Source: Candidatus Dormiibacterota bacterium
GTDB lineage: Bacteria; Chloroflexota; Dormibacteria; Dormibacterales; Dormibacteraceae
Length of the DNA stretch: 44,586 bases
Assembly (NCBI GenBank): GCA_036393875.1
Contig: DASWGF010000091.1
Span: 1 to 44,586 of the forward strand
Reading direction: 5' to 3'
The position numbers and the translations under genes are program-made. Positions 1-12,000 of this stretch are shown here, in pieces. The notes under the pieces are model-generated. The model saw only the letters and a program-made list of their open reading frames with translations. It was not told where the DNA came from and did not search any database. Position 1 is the first letter of the stretch; each line of letters starts with the position of its first letter.

Positions 1-3000
1 GTCGTCGCCGCCGCTGCCGTAGATGATCTTGTCGGAGAAGTTGTCGACTTCCTTGCTCTGGATCTTGCGGACGCGCAGCGTCGTCTGGATCTCCTGAGGC
101 AGGGTCGGAATCGGCTTGGTCGTGTCGCGCGGTCCGGCGACGTCCTGGTCGATCTCGCCATGGTTGCCGATGACGATGCTGTCGAAGTTGCCGTACCAGG
201 CGACCGAGATCACGTGCAGCTTCGTCACGTCCACGGCCGCGAAGGCCGCAGGCACGAGATTCGTCAGCGTCAGCGTCGTCGCGGTGACGCTGCTGACGTC
301 GCCGACGAACACGCCGTCGATGGTGACCTGCGGCTGGCCCGCGGCAAAGCCCTGGGCAAGCCACGAGCCGCTGTCGCCGCGCGTGATCGTGCCCAGGCCC
401 GCCGGCTGCGCGAGCGCGATCGCGAGCTGCGACTGGAACGGATCGTTGCGCGTCGCTCCCGGCATGTCGCCGTAGAGGAGGTTGTGCCCGGCCTGCATCG
501 CGTCGCGGTTCGGGAACGAGCTCTTGTTGGTGGTCACGATGCTGAGCTGCCGCGTGATCACGTCCACGTTGATGCCCGAGGTGCCGAAGATCTGGTTCCG
601 GCCGCGGCCGCCCATGATGGTTTCGTCTCCGCCGCCGCCCGCCAGGATGTCGGGGGCCTGGGAGCCGATGATCGTGTTGTTGCCCGGGCCGCCGTAACCG
701 GTGATCCCGATCGACGGCATGCACGTGACCGTCGCATCGGCCACGCTCGCGCAATCCGGAGCCCACGGTGGAACTGCCGAGAAGGCGAGGTGGGCGTCGA
801 TCACGTTGTTGCCGGCGTAGACGAACGGATCGCCGAGCTGGAAGACGAAGAACGGAGCGCCGTTCCCGACCCGGTTGCCGACCGCGACGTTGTGCACCTT
901 GTTCGAGCCGACCAGGTCGAAGTTCGAGGTGAGGAAGGTCAGGGTCAGGGTGGACGGCGACGTGACGTCCTTGATCGTTCCGATCTGCGCCGGGGCGATC
1001 AGATGGTTCGTCGCGATCGTCGCGTTGACGAAGGTGTTGAAGTCGGCCGTGAGTGAGCCCAGCGTGATCGTGCTCGCGCTCACGGCCGTGATCAGGCCGA
1101 CGGTCGTGCCGTCGATCGTGATCAGCTGCCCGATCGCGTAGCCCGCCGCGGTCCAGTCGCCGCCGCTGCGTCCGATCGAGCCGGTCGGGCCCGAGATCGT
1201 GATCATCGCCATCAGCTGCTGAGGCTTGGCATCGATGGTCAGCTGCATGCCGACGGCGAATCCGTCCGTGATCCACGAACCGGTGTCGGTGCGCGTCAGC
1301 GTCCCGGCCGTCGACGTCGTGTGCGCGCCGCTGATCGAGAGGCCCTCGTCGTGCGGCAGAGGCTTCGAGCCGAAGTTGTGCAGGCTGATGCCGGCCGGGT
1401 TGCCTCCGTACCACAGGCCGTCCTGGGACGTGCTGCCGTAGATGACCAGCGGCGACGGCGTGCACTTCGTGAAGTCGAGCGTGCAGAGATTGGAGCCCGG
1501 ACCGCCCGCGGCGGTCGTGCTCGCGCCGCCGGTGACGTCGATGTGGTTGCCGCCGATGCGTACTGCCGCAACGACTCCCACGACACCGCTCGCGACGGGC
1601 ATCGCGCCGCCGGTCAGGGTCAGCGTGAGTCCATCGAGCGAGATCGCGCTGATCGTCCGGATGCCGCTGACGCCGGTGATCGCCACCGGCACGCCGGCGG
1701 CGAGGCCGGAGCTGGCCGCGCTGCCGGCCGTGAACGTCACCGTGGTGGCGGTGCGGTTGAAGGTGCCGCCCGCCCGGAAGCGGCTGGTCACGGCCACGGT
1801 CGAGGCGAAGTTCGTCGCCGCCAGCGCCGGCCCGCTGACGAGCAGCGTGCTGCCGTCGCCATACGTGGAGTTGTCGAAGCCGGTGATCGTCCACAGGCCG
1901 CTCAGGCCATCGATGGAGACCTGCTGGCTGTAGTCGAAGCCGAGGCTCCACCAGGGCAGGCCGTCGCGGCGGGTGATCCGGCCGGTCGTCATGTCGAACG
2001 AACCCGTCACCTGGAGGTAGTCGGATACGGAGACGGTCGCCGGGACGTTCGTGCCCGCGAGCCCCGATGCGTTCGTCAGCAGCAGCGTGCTGCCAGGACC
2101 GTAGGTGGAGTCGGCGAAGCCGGCGACCGTGTAGGACCCGTCGAGCCCGCTGCCCATGACCGTTATCTGCTGCCCGACCGCGAAGCCGGCCCCGGCAAAG
2201 CTCACCCCGTCGCGGCGGGTCAGCCGGCCCGCGGCGGCGTCAAAGGTGCCTGTCAGCGTCAGCAACGAGGCGCCGCCGCCGTTCACTGTCGTGAGCCCGC
2301 CATGGGCCGCGGCCCTGCCGGGAGTGCCGTCGGGCCGGTAGTCGGGTCCGGGCACGAGCGTGCTCACGATCGTCAGGTGGTCGTTGCCCTGGCCGAGCAG
2401 GATGTTGAGCACCTCGATCGTCGACACGTTGTTGTCGGTGGAGAAGTGGCCGCTCGCGTCGAGCTTGATCGTCCCGTAGCTGATGCCTCCCGGGTAGACG
2501 CCCGGCTCGCCAAACGGGAACGCGGCGCCAGGTGCGAGCAGGTAGCTGAAGTCGACCCCCGGTCCCATGCTCAGGCCGGTGAGGGCGGTCGAGGTCAGCG
2601 TGCCGGTCTGGTCCTGGTGGCTGCCGTCGCCGTAGATGTTCAGCGTGTCGATCTGCTGCCACTCGGGCGGCTGTGGCGCGACGCCGAACACGGGGCCGTT
2701 GCCTTCGCCGGGCAGCAGGACCGCCGCGTGCAGGGAGCGGTCGGCGTTGGTCGTGCCGCCTTCGACGGACAGCGGGCCGCGGATGCCGCTCAATGTGTGC
2801 GGCTGCTTCGAGAAGACCTTGAGGTTCTCGCGTCCGGGCGCCAGCTGGTAGTTCACGTCCGCGAGCAGCGGCACGTCGACCTGCTGGAACCAGTTCACGG
2901 TGCTGAACGTCACGGCCGCGGCCCACTGCGTGATCGTCGCCGTCGAGGAAACGCCGGCCGGCTTGGCGGTGCTGGTCAGCTTAAGGACGTTCAGGTTGCC

Positions 3001-6000
3001 GCCGCCGGCGGACTTGAACGACTGGATCTTGTAGATCGTGGGATCGGCGTCGATCTTGATGAGCTGGCCCTCGATGAAACCGCTGTCGAGCCAGCTCGTG
3101 CCGTCCGTGCGTGTGATCTCACCCGTGGCGAAGTTGTAGGAGAGCAGATGGCCGGCTGTGCCGGCGTACACGCCCTGCTCGGTGAGCTTGCTGATCGCGA
3201 CGCCGGTGAACGTGGCTGAGACGGGCGCCGGCGTCGTCAGCGTCAGGGACTTGCCGTCGAGAGCGACCGAGAGCACGTAGTAGTTGGCGTCATCCGCGCC
3301 ACCGGTGCCCGCGATGCTGATCCGCTGGCCGCCCACGAAGCCGTCGTCCAGGAAGCTCGCGAGCTCTGAGCCGGACGCCAGGGTGACGCTCGTGCCGGAG
3401 ATCGTGACGTTGCCGCTGAAGAGCTGGGTCGCGCGCAGGCCGCCGATCGAGGTGAGGCTGATCCGGCCTCCCGTGGTGACATCGGTCTGGCCGTCGGTGA
3501 GCAGCGCGACCTGGACGTCCGAGGTCGGCGCGCTGGTGAGCCGCAGCGTGTAGTCGGCGCCCGGGCCCGGGACCGTGCACGCCGCGTTGCCGCAGAGCGT
3601 CACGACGGTCACGCCATTGGTCTGGTGGACGAACACGCCGGGCGATTCGTCATCGATCACGAGGACGTCCAGCCGCTCCTGGATCCGGGGGCCGGAGCCG
3701 CCCGGAACGGACGCGTGGTACATCGGATCGGTGGTCGCCGGGTCGATCGTGTGTAGGAACGCGGTGTCGTGCGGGTCGGCGGCGGCGAAGTCGTTGCGGG
3801 CGAAGACCTGGACCATGATCGGCCGGAACCAGTTCGTGCTGTCGAACGTGGCGTAGTAGGTGGTCGGCGCGAGCGTGCAGGTCGTCGGGTCGCCCGGGAC
3901 CACGAAGCCGGCCGACGCGGTCAAACGCGCATCGGTGCTGGTCAAGCATGCCTGGCTGTCGCTTTCCGTGATGTCGACCTTGACGGTCTTGCCGACGGCA
4001 ACCGGCGCCGCGAGCTGCAGCGCGTAGAGGTCCGACACCCCTGTCCCGCCGATACCGAACGTGCCCTCGAGCACGGTGGTCTGGTTGTCGGGCTGCATCG
4101 TGGTCGGGTCGAGCTGCGTGACGAGCACGCTCGGGGAGTCCTTGTCGTAGTCGGTGACCTCGACGTTGCGCACGGCCGCTCCGTCGAAGCAGTGGAGGAG
4201 ATGCGTGTCCAGCGGGTCGCAGACGGGCTGGATCACCGAGTGGCTGACCACGATCGTGCGCGTGCCCTGGGCGCGGCTGTCGTTGACGGCCCAGACGTAG
4301 ACGGTCTGCGGGTTGTTCCAGTTGAGCCCGTTGAAGGTGAGGACCAGGGCGCGATCCGAGACGTACCGCGTGACGCCGTTGAGCGTGACGTGGCGGTAGA
4401 AGTCGCAGTTGGTCACGTCTGTACAGGCGCTCGGGCTCGACGCGGTGGTGGAGAGCAGGATCGTGTCGCCGTCGCACGTCGCTGAGGTGCACCCGGTCTT
4501 GTTCGGTGCGCCGTCCGGGTACGGGTTGGTGAGCGAGAGGTGCTCCTCGCTCGGCGGGTAGGCGGCCGATACCGTGATGTAGACGTTGCAGTTCACAGGC
4601 AGCACGCCCGCGCCACAGGTCGGCTGCGTCGCCAGGGCAGCGGTGTACGAGTCGAGCGACGGCACCGCCGGCGCGCCGAGCGGGTTCGGACACGGGTCGT
4701 TGAAGCCGAGCAGGAAGCAGCCGCCTTCGTAGACCGACGTGAACCCGCCGCTTTCGTTGATCACTACTTGGCCCTGGCCTGGCCGCGCGACACTCAGGTC
4801 GACGCCCTGAACGATGAGGCCGTTGTACCTGGGGTCGGCCGAGCTGACGAGGTGGTTGACCAGCCCGCTTGACCCGGTGATGTCCCGCGCGAAGACGTCG
4901 CCCACGACGTCGCCGCCGACGTTGATCGTGTCGCTGCCCAGGCCGCCGATGACGCGCGTCTCCATTCCCGGCGGTGTCGACAGGACGTCGATCGTGTCGT
5001 CGCCCTCGAGGGTGTCGATCTCGAGCACCTGGATGTGCACGTACGTGACCCACAGGCCGACGCCATAGACCGCCTTGGCGGTGACGACGATGTGGTCCGC
5101 GTACTCGGTGCCCAGGATGATCAGCTTGTTGAAGCCGGTGCCGCCGTCCACCGACACGGGCGCGTTCAGGTTGTACATGACCTGGTTCTGCCCGGACCCG
5201 GTGCGGATGTCGGACTCGGCGGCGGTCGAGAAGCCGCTCGTCAGCTTCGGCATGGCGATCATCGTCTGGGCGTTGAGCCAGACGATCTCGCATGTCGGTC
5301 CGTCCTTGTTGGGATCGCAAGGCGTGCCGCCCGGCGCACCGCCAAGCGTCGTCTGGGCGAGCGCGAAGCCGCGGACGATGAACAGGTTGTTGCCCGCGAT
5401 GCCCTCGAGCCGGAGCGGCGCCTGGTTCGAGTAGACCACGAATGTGTCGTCGCCGGTGCCGCCCTCGGCGAGGACGGGCTGGCTGTTGCCGCGGCTCAGC
5501 CAGCCGCGCGTCGTCGCGACGGTGGCGAACACGTCCTGCGGCGCGAGCGAACCGCCGTGGGTGTTGCGCAGGTTCAGGTCGGAGTTGACCGGGCAGGTGG
5601 ACGACGGCGTGCCGCCGCAAATCTCAGAGGAGTCGCGGAACAGGCCGTAGATCTGGCCGATCTGGAACGTGTTGTTGCCGTTGCCGCCGTCCAGCGTGGT
5701 GGTCGCGCTGTTGTCGTCCATGGCGAAGTAGTCGTTGCCGCCGAGCCCGTTGACGTTGAGGCGGCCGTTGATGCCTGTGTCGTAGTTGATGCGCTCGACC
5801 GCCTGGGTCCGCACCGACGAGCTGCCGCTCGGGTCGGAGGTCGTGACGTCGTTAGTGAGCACGCCGATCGTGATGCCGATCACCGCCACGGGCCCGGTGG
5901 GCACCTCTTCGGTGGTGAGCGACACACCGGACGGGATCGTCTCGGCGAGGGTCAGGACCGACCCGTCCAGGCTGATGCCCTGGATCGTGTAGTCGCCGGA

Positions 6001-9000
6001 GTAGATGCCGGCGCCGGTGACCCGGATGCGGCGTCCGATCACGAACGGCAGGGCGCTGAAGCTGCCCGCCGCCGCGGTGAAGGTGTGCATCTGGACGTTG
6101 ATCGACGCGCTGCCGGTGAAGGCCGAGATGGGCTCGCCGAGCTTGCCGTGCAGGAGGGCCACGAAGGCCGGGTCGTCAGCGATCGCGTTCGGCGTGTTGG
6201 GCGCGGTCGGCGAGGCGATGAACGAAGTCTTCCGCAGCAGGAAGATGTCGTCCGTCCGGCCGGAGGCGGCGTTGTAGGCGGAATTGGTGTTGTCGTAGCC
6301 GTTGACGATCAGCACGTTGACGCCGTCGCTCGGCGCGTGCGTGTCGAGCACGTTGATCACGTAGTTGTGGCAGGTCCCGCCGCTCGGGTCGCCGCCCTGG
6401 CCGAGCGCGGCGTCGAGGCACGGCTGGCTACCGCTGGTGTTGATGACATAGGTGTTGGTGCCGGACTGGCCGTCCAGCGTCAACGTGTGGCCGGCCGCGA
6501 CGGTCATCGTCGGCAGCTGGTTGACGAAGAAGAAGTCCTCGCCATCGCCGAGCGGCGCGTACATGCCGGCGCACGCCAGCGCGGTGTGGGCGGTGCAGGT
6601 CGGGGTGTTCGAGCCGTAGACGAACGTCCGGCCGCCCAGGTGCGTCTGGTCGAAGTTGAAGGTGTCGCCGTCCTCGTTGCCGAAGATGCGGGTGATGTTG
6701 CAGTCGAGGCCCGGGTTGATCTCAGACGCGCACGACCCGCTGAGCGTGCCGGGGGTGATCACGCCCGCGAGGTGCATGATCGAGCCGTAGCCCGGGTCGC
6801 TGGAGTCGGTGATGAACCCTCCGCTCGAGGCCTCGTTCACGCGGGCGTAGTCGCCGTAGATGTCGATGTTGTTGCCGGCCACGATCTGTGCGTTCGGGTC
6901 GGTGTTCACGTTGTCGCCGACGCGGAGCTCGATCGAGCCGTTCGGCGTGTTGATGAAGCCGTTCGGGACCGCTTCCGGGCCCGTCTCGGCGAACAACACC
7001 GAGCCCGAGGCCAGCAGGTTCAGGTCCTCGCCCGAGGTGGCGGAGCTATGGCGCACAGTGAAGCGCACCGTGTACGGCTGGTGGCCGTGGTTGCCGAACG
7101 CCTGGATCAGGACGACGCGCGCGTCACCCGAGGTCTCGGTGGCGTAGATGCTGTCGTCGGCGCGCAGGCCGATCGTCCCGCCGCTCACATAGTGCTGCGA
7201 GTCGAACTCGAGGTCGTTGTTGCCAGACGGGTCGCCGATGCTGCCGTGCCGAGCCCACAGGTTGATCGTGTTCGCGAAGATCTTGGTCTGGTCCGTGCCC
7301 AGAGAACCGGTGCGGGCGTCGACGATGTCGCCGCTCTCAGTCCGAGCCGAGACGTCACCCTTCGTGTCGATCGTGTGGATCTGCAGGTCGTCCGCGGTTT
7401 GGTCGATGAACACGCCGGGCGTGAATGCGGCGAACGTGTCGTAGATCCGCACCACGCCGAGGCCGCCCGCGCCCTCGCTCCCCAGCAAGTCGACGTGGAT
7501 CTCCAGGAAGTCGGTCGGCAGCCCCACGCCGCCCAATGCCTTGCTGTCCGCAAAGCACTGCGGGTTGGACGCCGTCCCGGTCGCCAGGTCGGTGAGGAGG
7601 CCGCTGCCCGGGCACATCGTGATGTCGGTGCCGGCGCTGACGTTGGTGTGGCTCCCGTCCTCGGCCAGCGCGTCGAGGATCCGCGCCGGCCCATATAGAA
7701 GGACGTAGTTGGCGTCGGAGGTGATCGTCCCGACTCGCAGGTCATCGGTCTTCTCGTAGATCGTGATGAAGCCGTCCGTGTGGACGTCGAGGTGGTGCGA
7801 GTCGGATGAGCCGGCTGTAAACCCGGTGCCCAGGTTGTCCGTGATCCCGAGCACGTTGACCTGGTTCGGGTGGCTCGATGCCTCGGTGATGATGATGTTG
7901 TTGCCCGCCGTGACGCCCGGCAGCACCCGGTTGCCGGCCGCATCCAGCCCGCGGAAGTCGTAGGTGCTCGTGACGCCTGAGCTCGTGTCGGCGAACACGC
8001 CGCGGTCCAGGCCGGGGGCCGAGGCGCTGTCGGGCGTGTTGAAGAAGGTGTAGTGCGTCTCACCGCCGGGTTGGGCCGGGTACTTGACCAGGACACCGCT
8101 TGTCGTACCGGAAGCCGTCTGGCTGAGGCTGCTCTGGAGGATGAAGTCGGCGTAGTGGCCGGCATTGACGTAGTCGATGGTCACGTGGTAGTCGCCGCTC
8201 GCTTCGCGCAGCAGGCCGCGGACGTCCATCCAGATGTTGTTCGGCGCGTTCACGGCAAAGCGGCGGACCGGGGTCAAGGTGTGGCCGTCGGTGAGCGAGC
8301 CGCCCGGGGTCAGGTGGATGGCCACTCCGGACGTGGGGCTCGTCGAGAGCTGCAGGCTGAGCCCATCGGACGACCCGATCACGTAGTAGTAGGTGCCGCT
8401 CACAAGACCGCCGATCGCGGTCGCGGCGGCGTCGTACCGGATCTGCTCGCCAGTGAAGAACTGGTTCGGCCCGAGGTAGATGGCGTCCGTGACCGTCGAG
8501 ACGCGGGCAGTCGCGAAGTTGGTGCCCACCGGCGCGTCTGTGCTCTCGACCTGGTCCACGTTGATGCGCGCGCCGCTCGCGCCGACGTCGTTGGACGACA
8601 CGATGTTGAGGATGTTCGTGATGATCAGCGACCCGCTGCCGCGGACGCCACTCGAGAAGACGTTGCCCGCGGGGTTGACGATGGAGGTCGTGCCGATCGG
8701 GTTGTCGATCTTGCCGTTGACGGTGACGTCCGGGTCCGTGTTCTGAACATCGACGAGCGTCGGGGCGACCGTGCGGTGGATGTGGAACTGGAGCGTCACC
8801 GTATTGGCGGCCAGGTCGGCGATCGGCTGGGTCGTGGCGTTGTAGACCTGGATGCCGTTGAGCTGCAGGCCCTTGCTCGACAGGTTGACGATGCGGACCT
8901 GCTCGAGGGTGTCGCGGAAAGTCCAGTTCGAGATTCCGCCCGAGATCGTGTCCGAGCGGAACAGGACCGTGCCCGGGCCCGGGTTGACGATGTTGTTGAC

Positions 9001-12000
9001 GTTGATGGTGCTGTCGTGGATCAGGCCGGACATCCGGGTCGCATTGAGGCCGGAGACGTCATTGACGCTTGCCTCGACCGCCTTGGTGATCGTGCCTGTG
9101 TGGTCGATGAAGAGCTGGGGCATGCGGCCCGAGAGGATCAGCACATCGGCGTTGAAGGGCACGGTCCGGCTCTGCTGGTCGTTGTTGCCGTGCTCCCTTC
9201 CGCCGCCGGCCGCGAGCGAGCGGCGGCTGACGTGCCCATTGGCCCCGGCGCAGCCGGAGCACGCGATCTCGGTGTCGACCAAGAACGCCAGGTGACCGTA
9301 GCCGGTCGTCTGGTCGAGATACGGGTTGGCGGGATCGCGCGGACCGGCTGTGATCAGCGCGCCTGACGCGCCGTCGACCTTGACGTTCAGGTTCGTATTG
9401 TTGGTCGCGTCCGCGGAGACGTAACCGAAGAGGCCGGTAGAGCGGGCGAAGGAGTCGGCGAAGGTGCTGACCCCGTCGTCCTTGGCGCGGAAGTCGACGC
9501 CCTCGAGACCCTTCACCTCGGCGCTCGAACCGATCACGACGTCGGTATCGGTCGTGCTCTCGGCTTTGGCCTCGTCGATGCCTTCGCTGTAGAAGCCCGC
9601 GCCGTACGACTCGCTGTGCGCGTTCACGCGGAGTCCAGGCACCGTGTACGTGCCCGGTCCTCCATTTCCGACCTGGATGTCACCGATGTCGGCAGTGGCA
9701 GCCACGGCGTTGGCGATCACGCCTGCGCTGGAGGCGATCTCAGCCTTGGTGGTCGCGCCGTTGCCGTTGTTGCCGACCTGCGAGCTGGCCCTGCCGTGTC
9801 CGTCCGCGCCGAAGCCAAGCCCGCTCGCATATGCGTTGGAATCGGCGTTGGTCGCGGTCTTGGCGGCGAGGTCGACCGTGCCGTGGGCAAGGATGTTCGC
9901 CCCGCTCTTGATGGTGGCCGTCGTCGTGTAGTCGACGTTCACCGTCGCAGAGCGCCCGATCGCCACGCCGATCGCGCCACCCGCGGTGGAGCGGACCGAG
10001 CCAAAGTCGTTGTTCGCGCTGGTCGCACCCACGACGACGTTGCCGACCGCGATCAGCTGTGTGCTCGAGTCGACGTACGCGACGCTCTGGTTGTACGAGT
10101 TGATCGTCGAGCTCGCCAGGCCGACGCCGACGATTCCGCCTGTGCCGTTCTTGGCGTTGGTCGTCACGTTCGTGTTCGACGCGGTGTTGACGGTGATGTT
10201 CGCGCCGGCGGTCATGAGGCTCGAGGCGATGTAGGCCTTGACGGTCGGGTTGGCGTCGGCGTCGGCCGTGTTGCCGTTGACGCCCAGCAGGATGCCTCCG
10301 CCGGAACCGAGCGAGGTCACCGAGCTGACACCGTCACCGGAGGGCGGCGAAACGCTCGTGAGCGGCACCCCGCCCGGGCCGAGCAGGGTGTTGGTCGGCG
10401 GGACGCCCGGGCCGCCGGTGAGGTGGATCGCGAGCTCCTGCAGGCCCGTTGCCGGCGTGAGGTGGACCACCTCGCTCAGGCCGTGGAGCGCGCTCCCGAG
10501 CCCGGTGGTGTCGAAGCTCAGGATCGGGCCGCCCGACGACTCCGACAGCTGGAACGTGTCGCCCGACACGCCCTCGACGAAGTACGACTTGCCGTCGACG
10601 AGCCGCGACGTCGAGCCGTTCGCCGTGATCTTGAAGGGCAGGTCGGTCAGCGCCGTCAGCGTGTGGTTGGTGCTGGCGGGGTTCGGGTTGGGCGGCGTGA
10701 ACGTATCCGAGTGGGTCGTGTTGGCCACCTTGGTGGTCGACAGCGCGAGCACCGGAGAGTCGAATGTCGCGGTGACGCCGCCCGTCCGCGCCAGTGTGGC
10801 GGTGGCGGTTCCGGCGCCGAGGAGCACCGAGTGGCCGAGCGTGATCGTGTTGCCCGACACGCTGAAGGACGTCAGCGTGAGGTCCCCACCAGGTGCCCCG
10901 CTGGTGCTGATCGAGCTGCCGAAATCGATGCCGCTGAAGTCGCCGCTGACCCGCTGGATGAAGTCGTGGTAGTCGGGGTCACCCGGGTTCGGGTCTAGGC
11001 CCTGGTGGAAGACGAAGCTGTCGGTGACCGAGGTGCCGGTGAGCGTGCCGCCCGACGCGATGGTCATCGTCAGGTCGGTCACGTTGCTGACCGTGTAAGA
11101 CGACCCGTTGTTCAGGGGCGAGCTCTTGATGATGAGCGTCTGCCCGACGCCGTAGCCGTCGGCGATCCAGCTCCCGCTCGAGCGGGTGACGGTGCCCGCG
11201 TCGCGGTCGAACTGAACCGAGCCTGTGAACAGCTTGCCTCGCTTGACCTGGATGATGCTGTGGTCCGACGACGGGTAGGAGATCCGGTACGAGAAGCCTG
11301 GCGTCAGGCCGCCGATGTCGACTGCCCCGGATCCAGGCGCCGTGGAGTAGTCGTTGTAGATCACGAGCTGGTTGTCCGCGAACGGCCAATCGGTAGGCTG
11401 CCCGGTCAGGGGGTTGAGCAACATGATGTTGTTGGCGCCGGGGTTGTCGGTGACGTCCGCGACGGTAACGCCGCCCACGATGTGCGTGCCGCCGTTGACG
11501 TTCACCTGGCCGTTCTGGAAGGTCGCCGGCGCAGGGGCGTGGTAGGTGACGGCCTCGCCGTTCGTGAACGGGTGGGCGGAGGCACCCAGTCCGGAGATCG
11601 TGAACGTCTGGTTGTCCCCACCGAGGCTGGCGGCCGAGAACCTCTTGACGAAGTCGCTGTCGGTCGGGTTCTGCGTCTGGACCAGCCTGATGGTGCGGTC
11701 GTTGACGACGATCACGTAATACACCGTGCTGCTGGTCAGCCCGCCGACCGTCGACACTGTGCCGAAGGCCGGATCGTAATTGACCTGATCGCCGGTCGTG
11801 AAGTTGTGCCCGGACGCGAACAGGATCGTGTCGGGCGACGAGTCGATGCAAGAGTTCACGCCGCCGCACGCCTGGCCGTTGAACTGTGAGCCGAACTTGA
11901 TGAAGTTGGGATCGACGACCCCGCCGCTGATCACGTCGAGCACGTTGTACTGGCGGCGGACGGTAATCGTGCCGCCGGTGAAGTTCGGGTCGTTGTCGAG

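Noticed and set aside
3650-5620. A 656-aa minus-strand ORF, and other minus-strand ORFs at 7185-8165, 10979-11869, 18203-18904, 24212-24958, 29291-30394 and 33302-33817
   Set aside because: Their end coordinates are 1 or 2 mod 3, so they are out of frame with the continuous ORF. Their translations are Arg/Pro/His-rich nonsense, typical of +1/+2 frames of GC-rich coding DNA.
5035-7698. An 887-aa plus-strand ORF, and similar long plus-strand ORFs at 1321-3219, 8053-9366, 9616-10998, 19171-20565, 20602-22953, 22358-23752, 24022-25677 and 28216-30006
   Set aside because: They are antisense to the giant minus-strand ORF. Their composition is the Arg/Asp/Gly/Val/His-rich pattern of reverse-complement shadows of GC3-rich genes. 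They carry no recognisable motifs and overlap each other in different frames.
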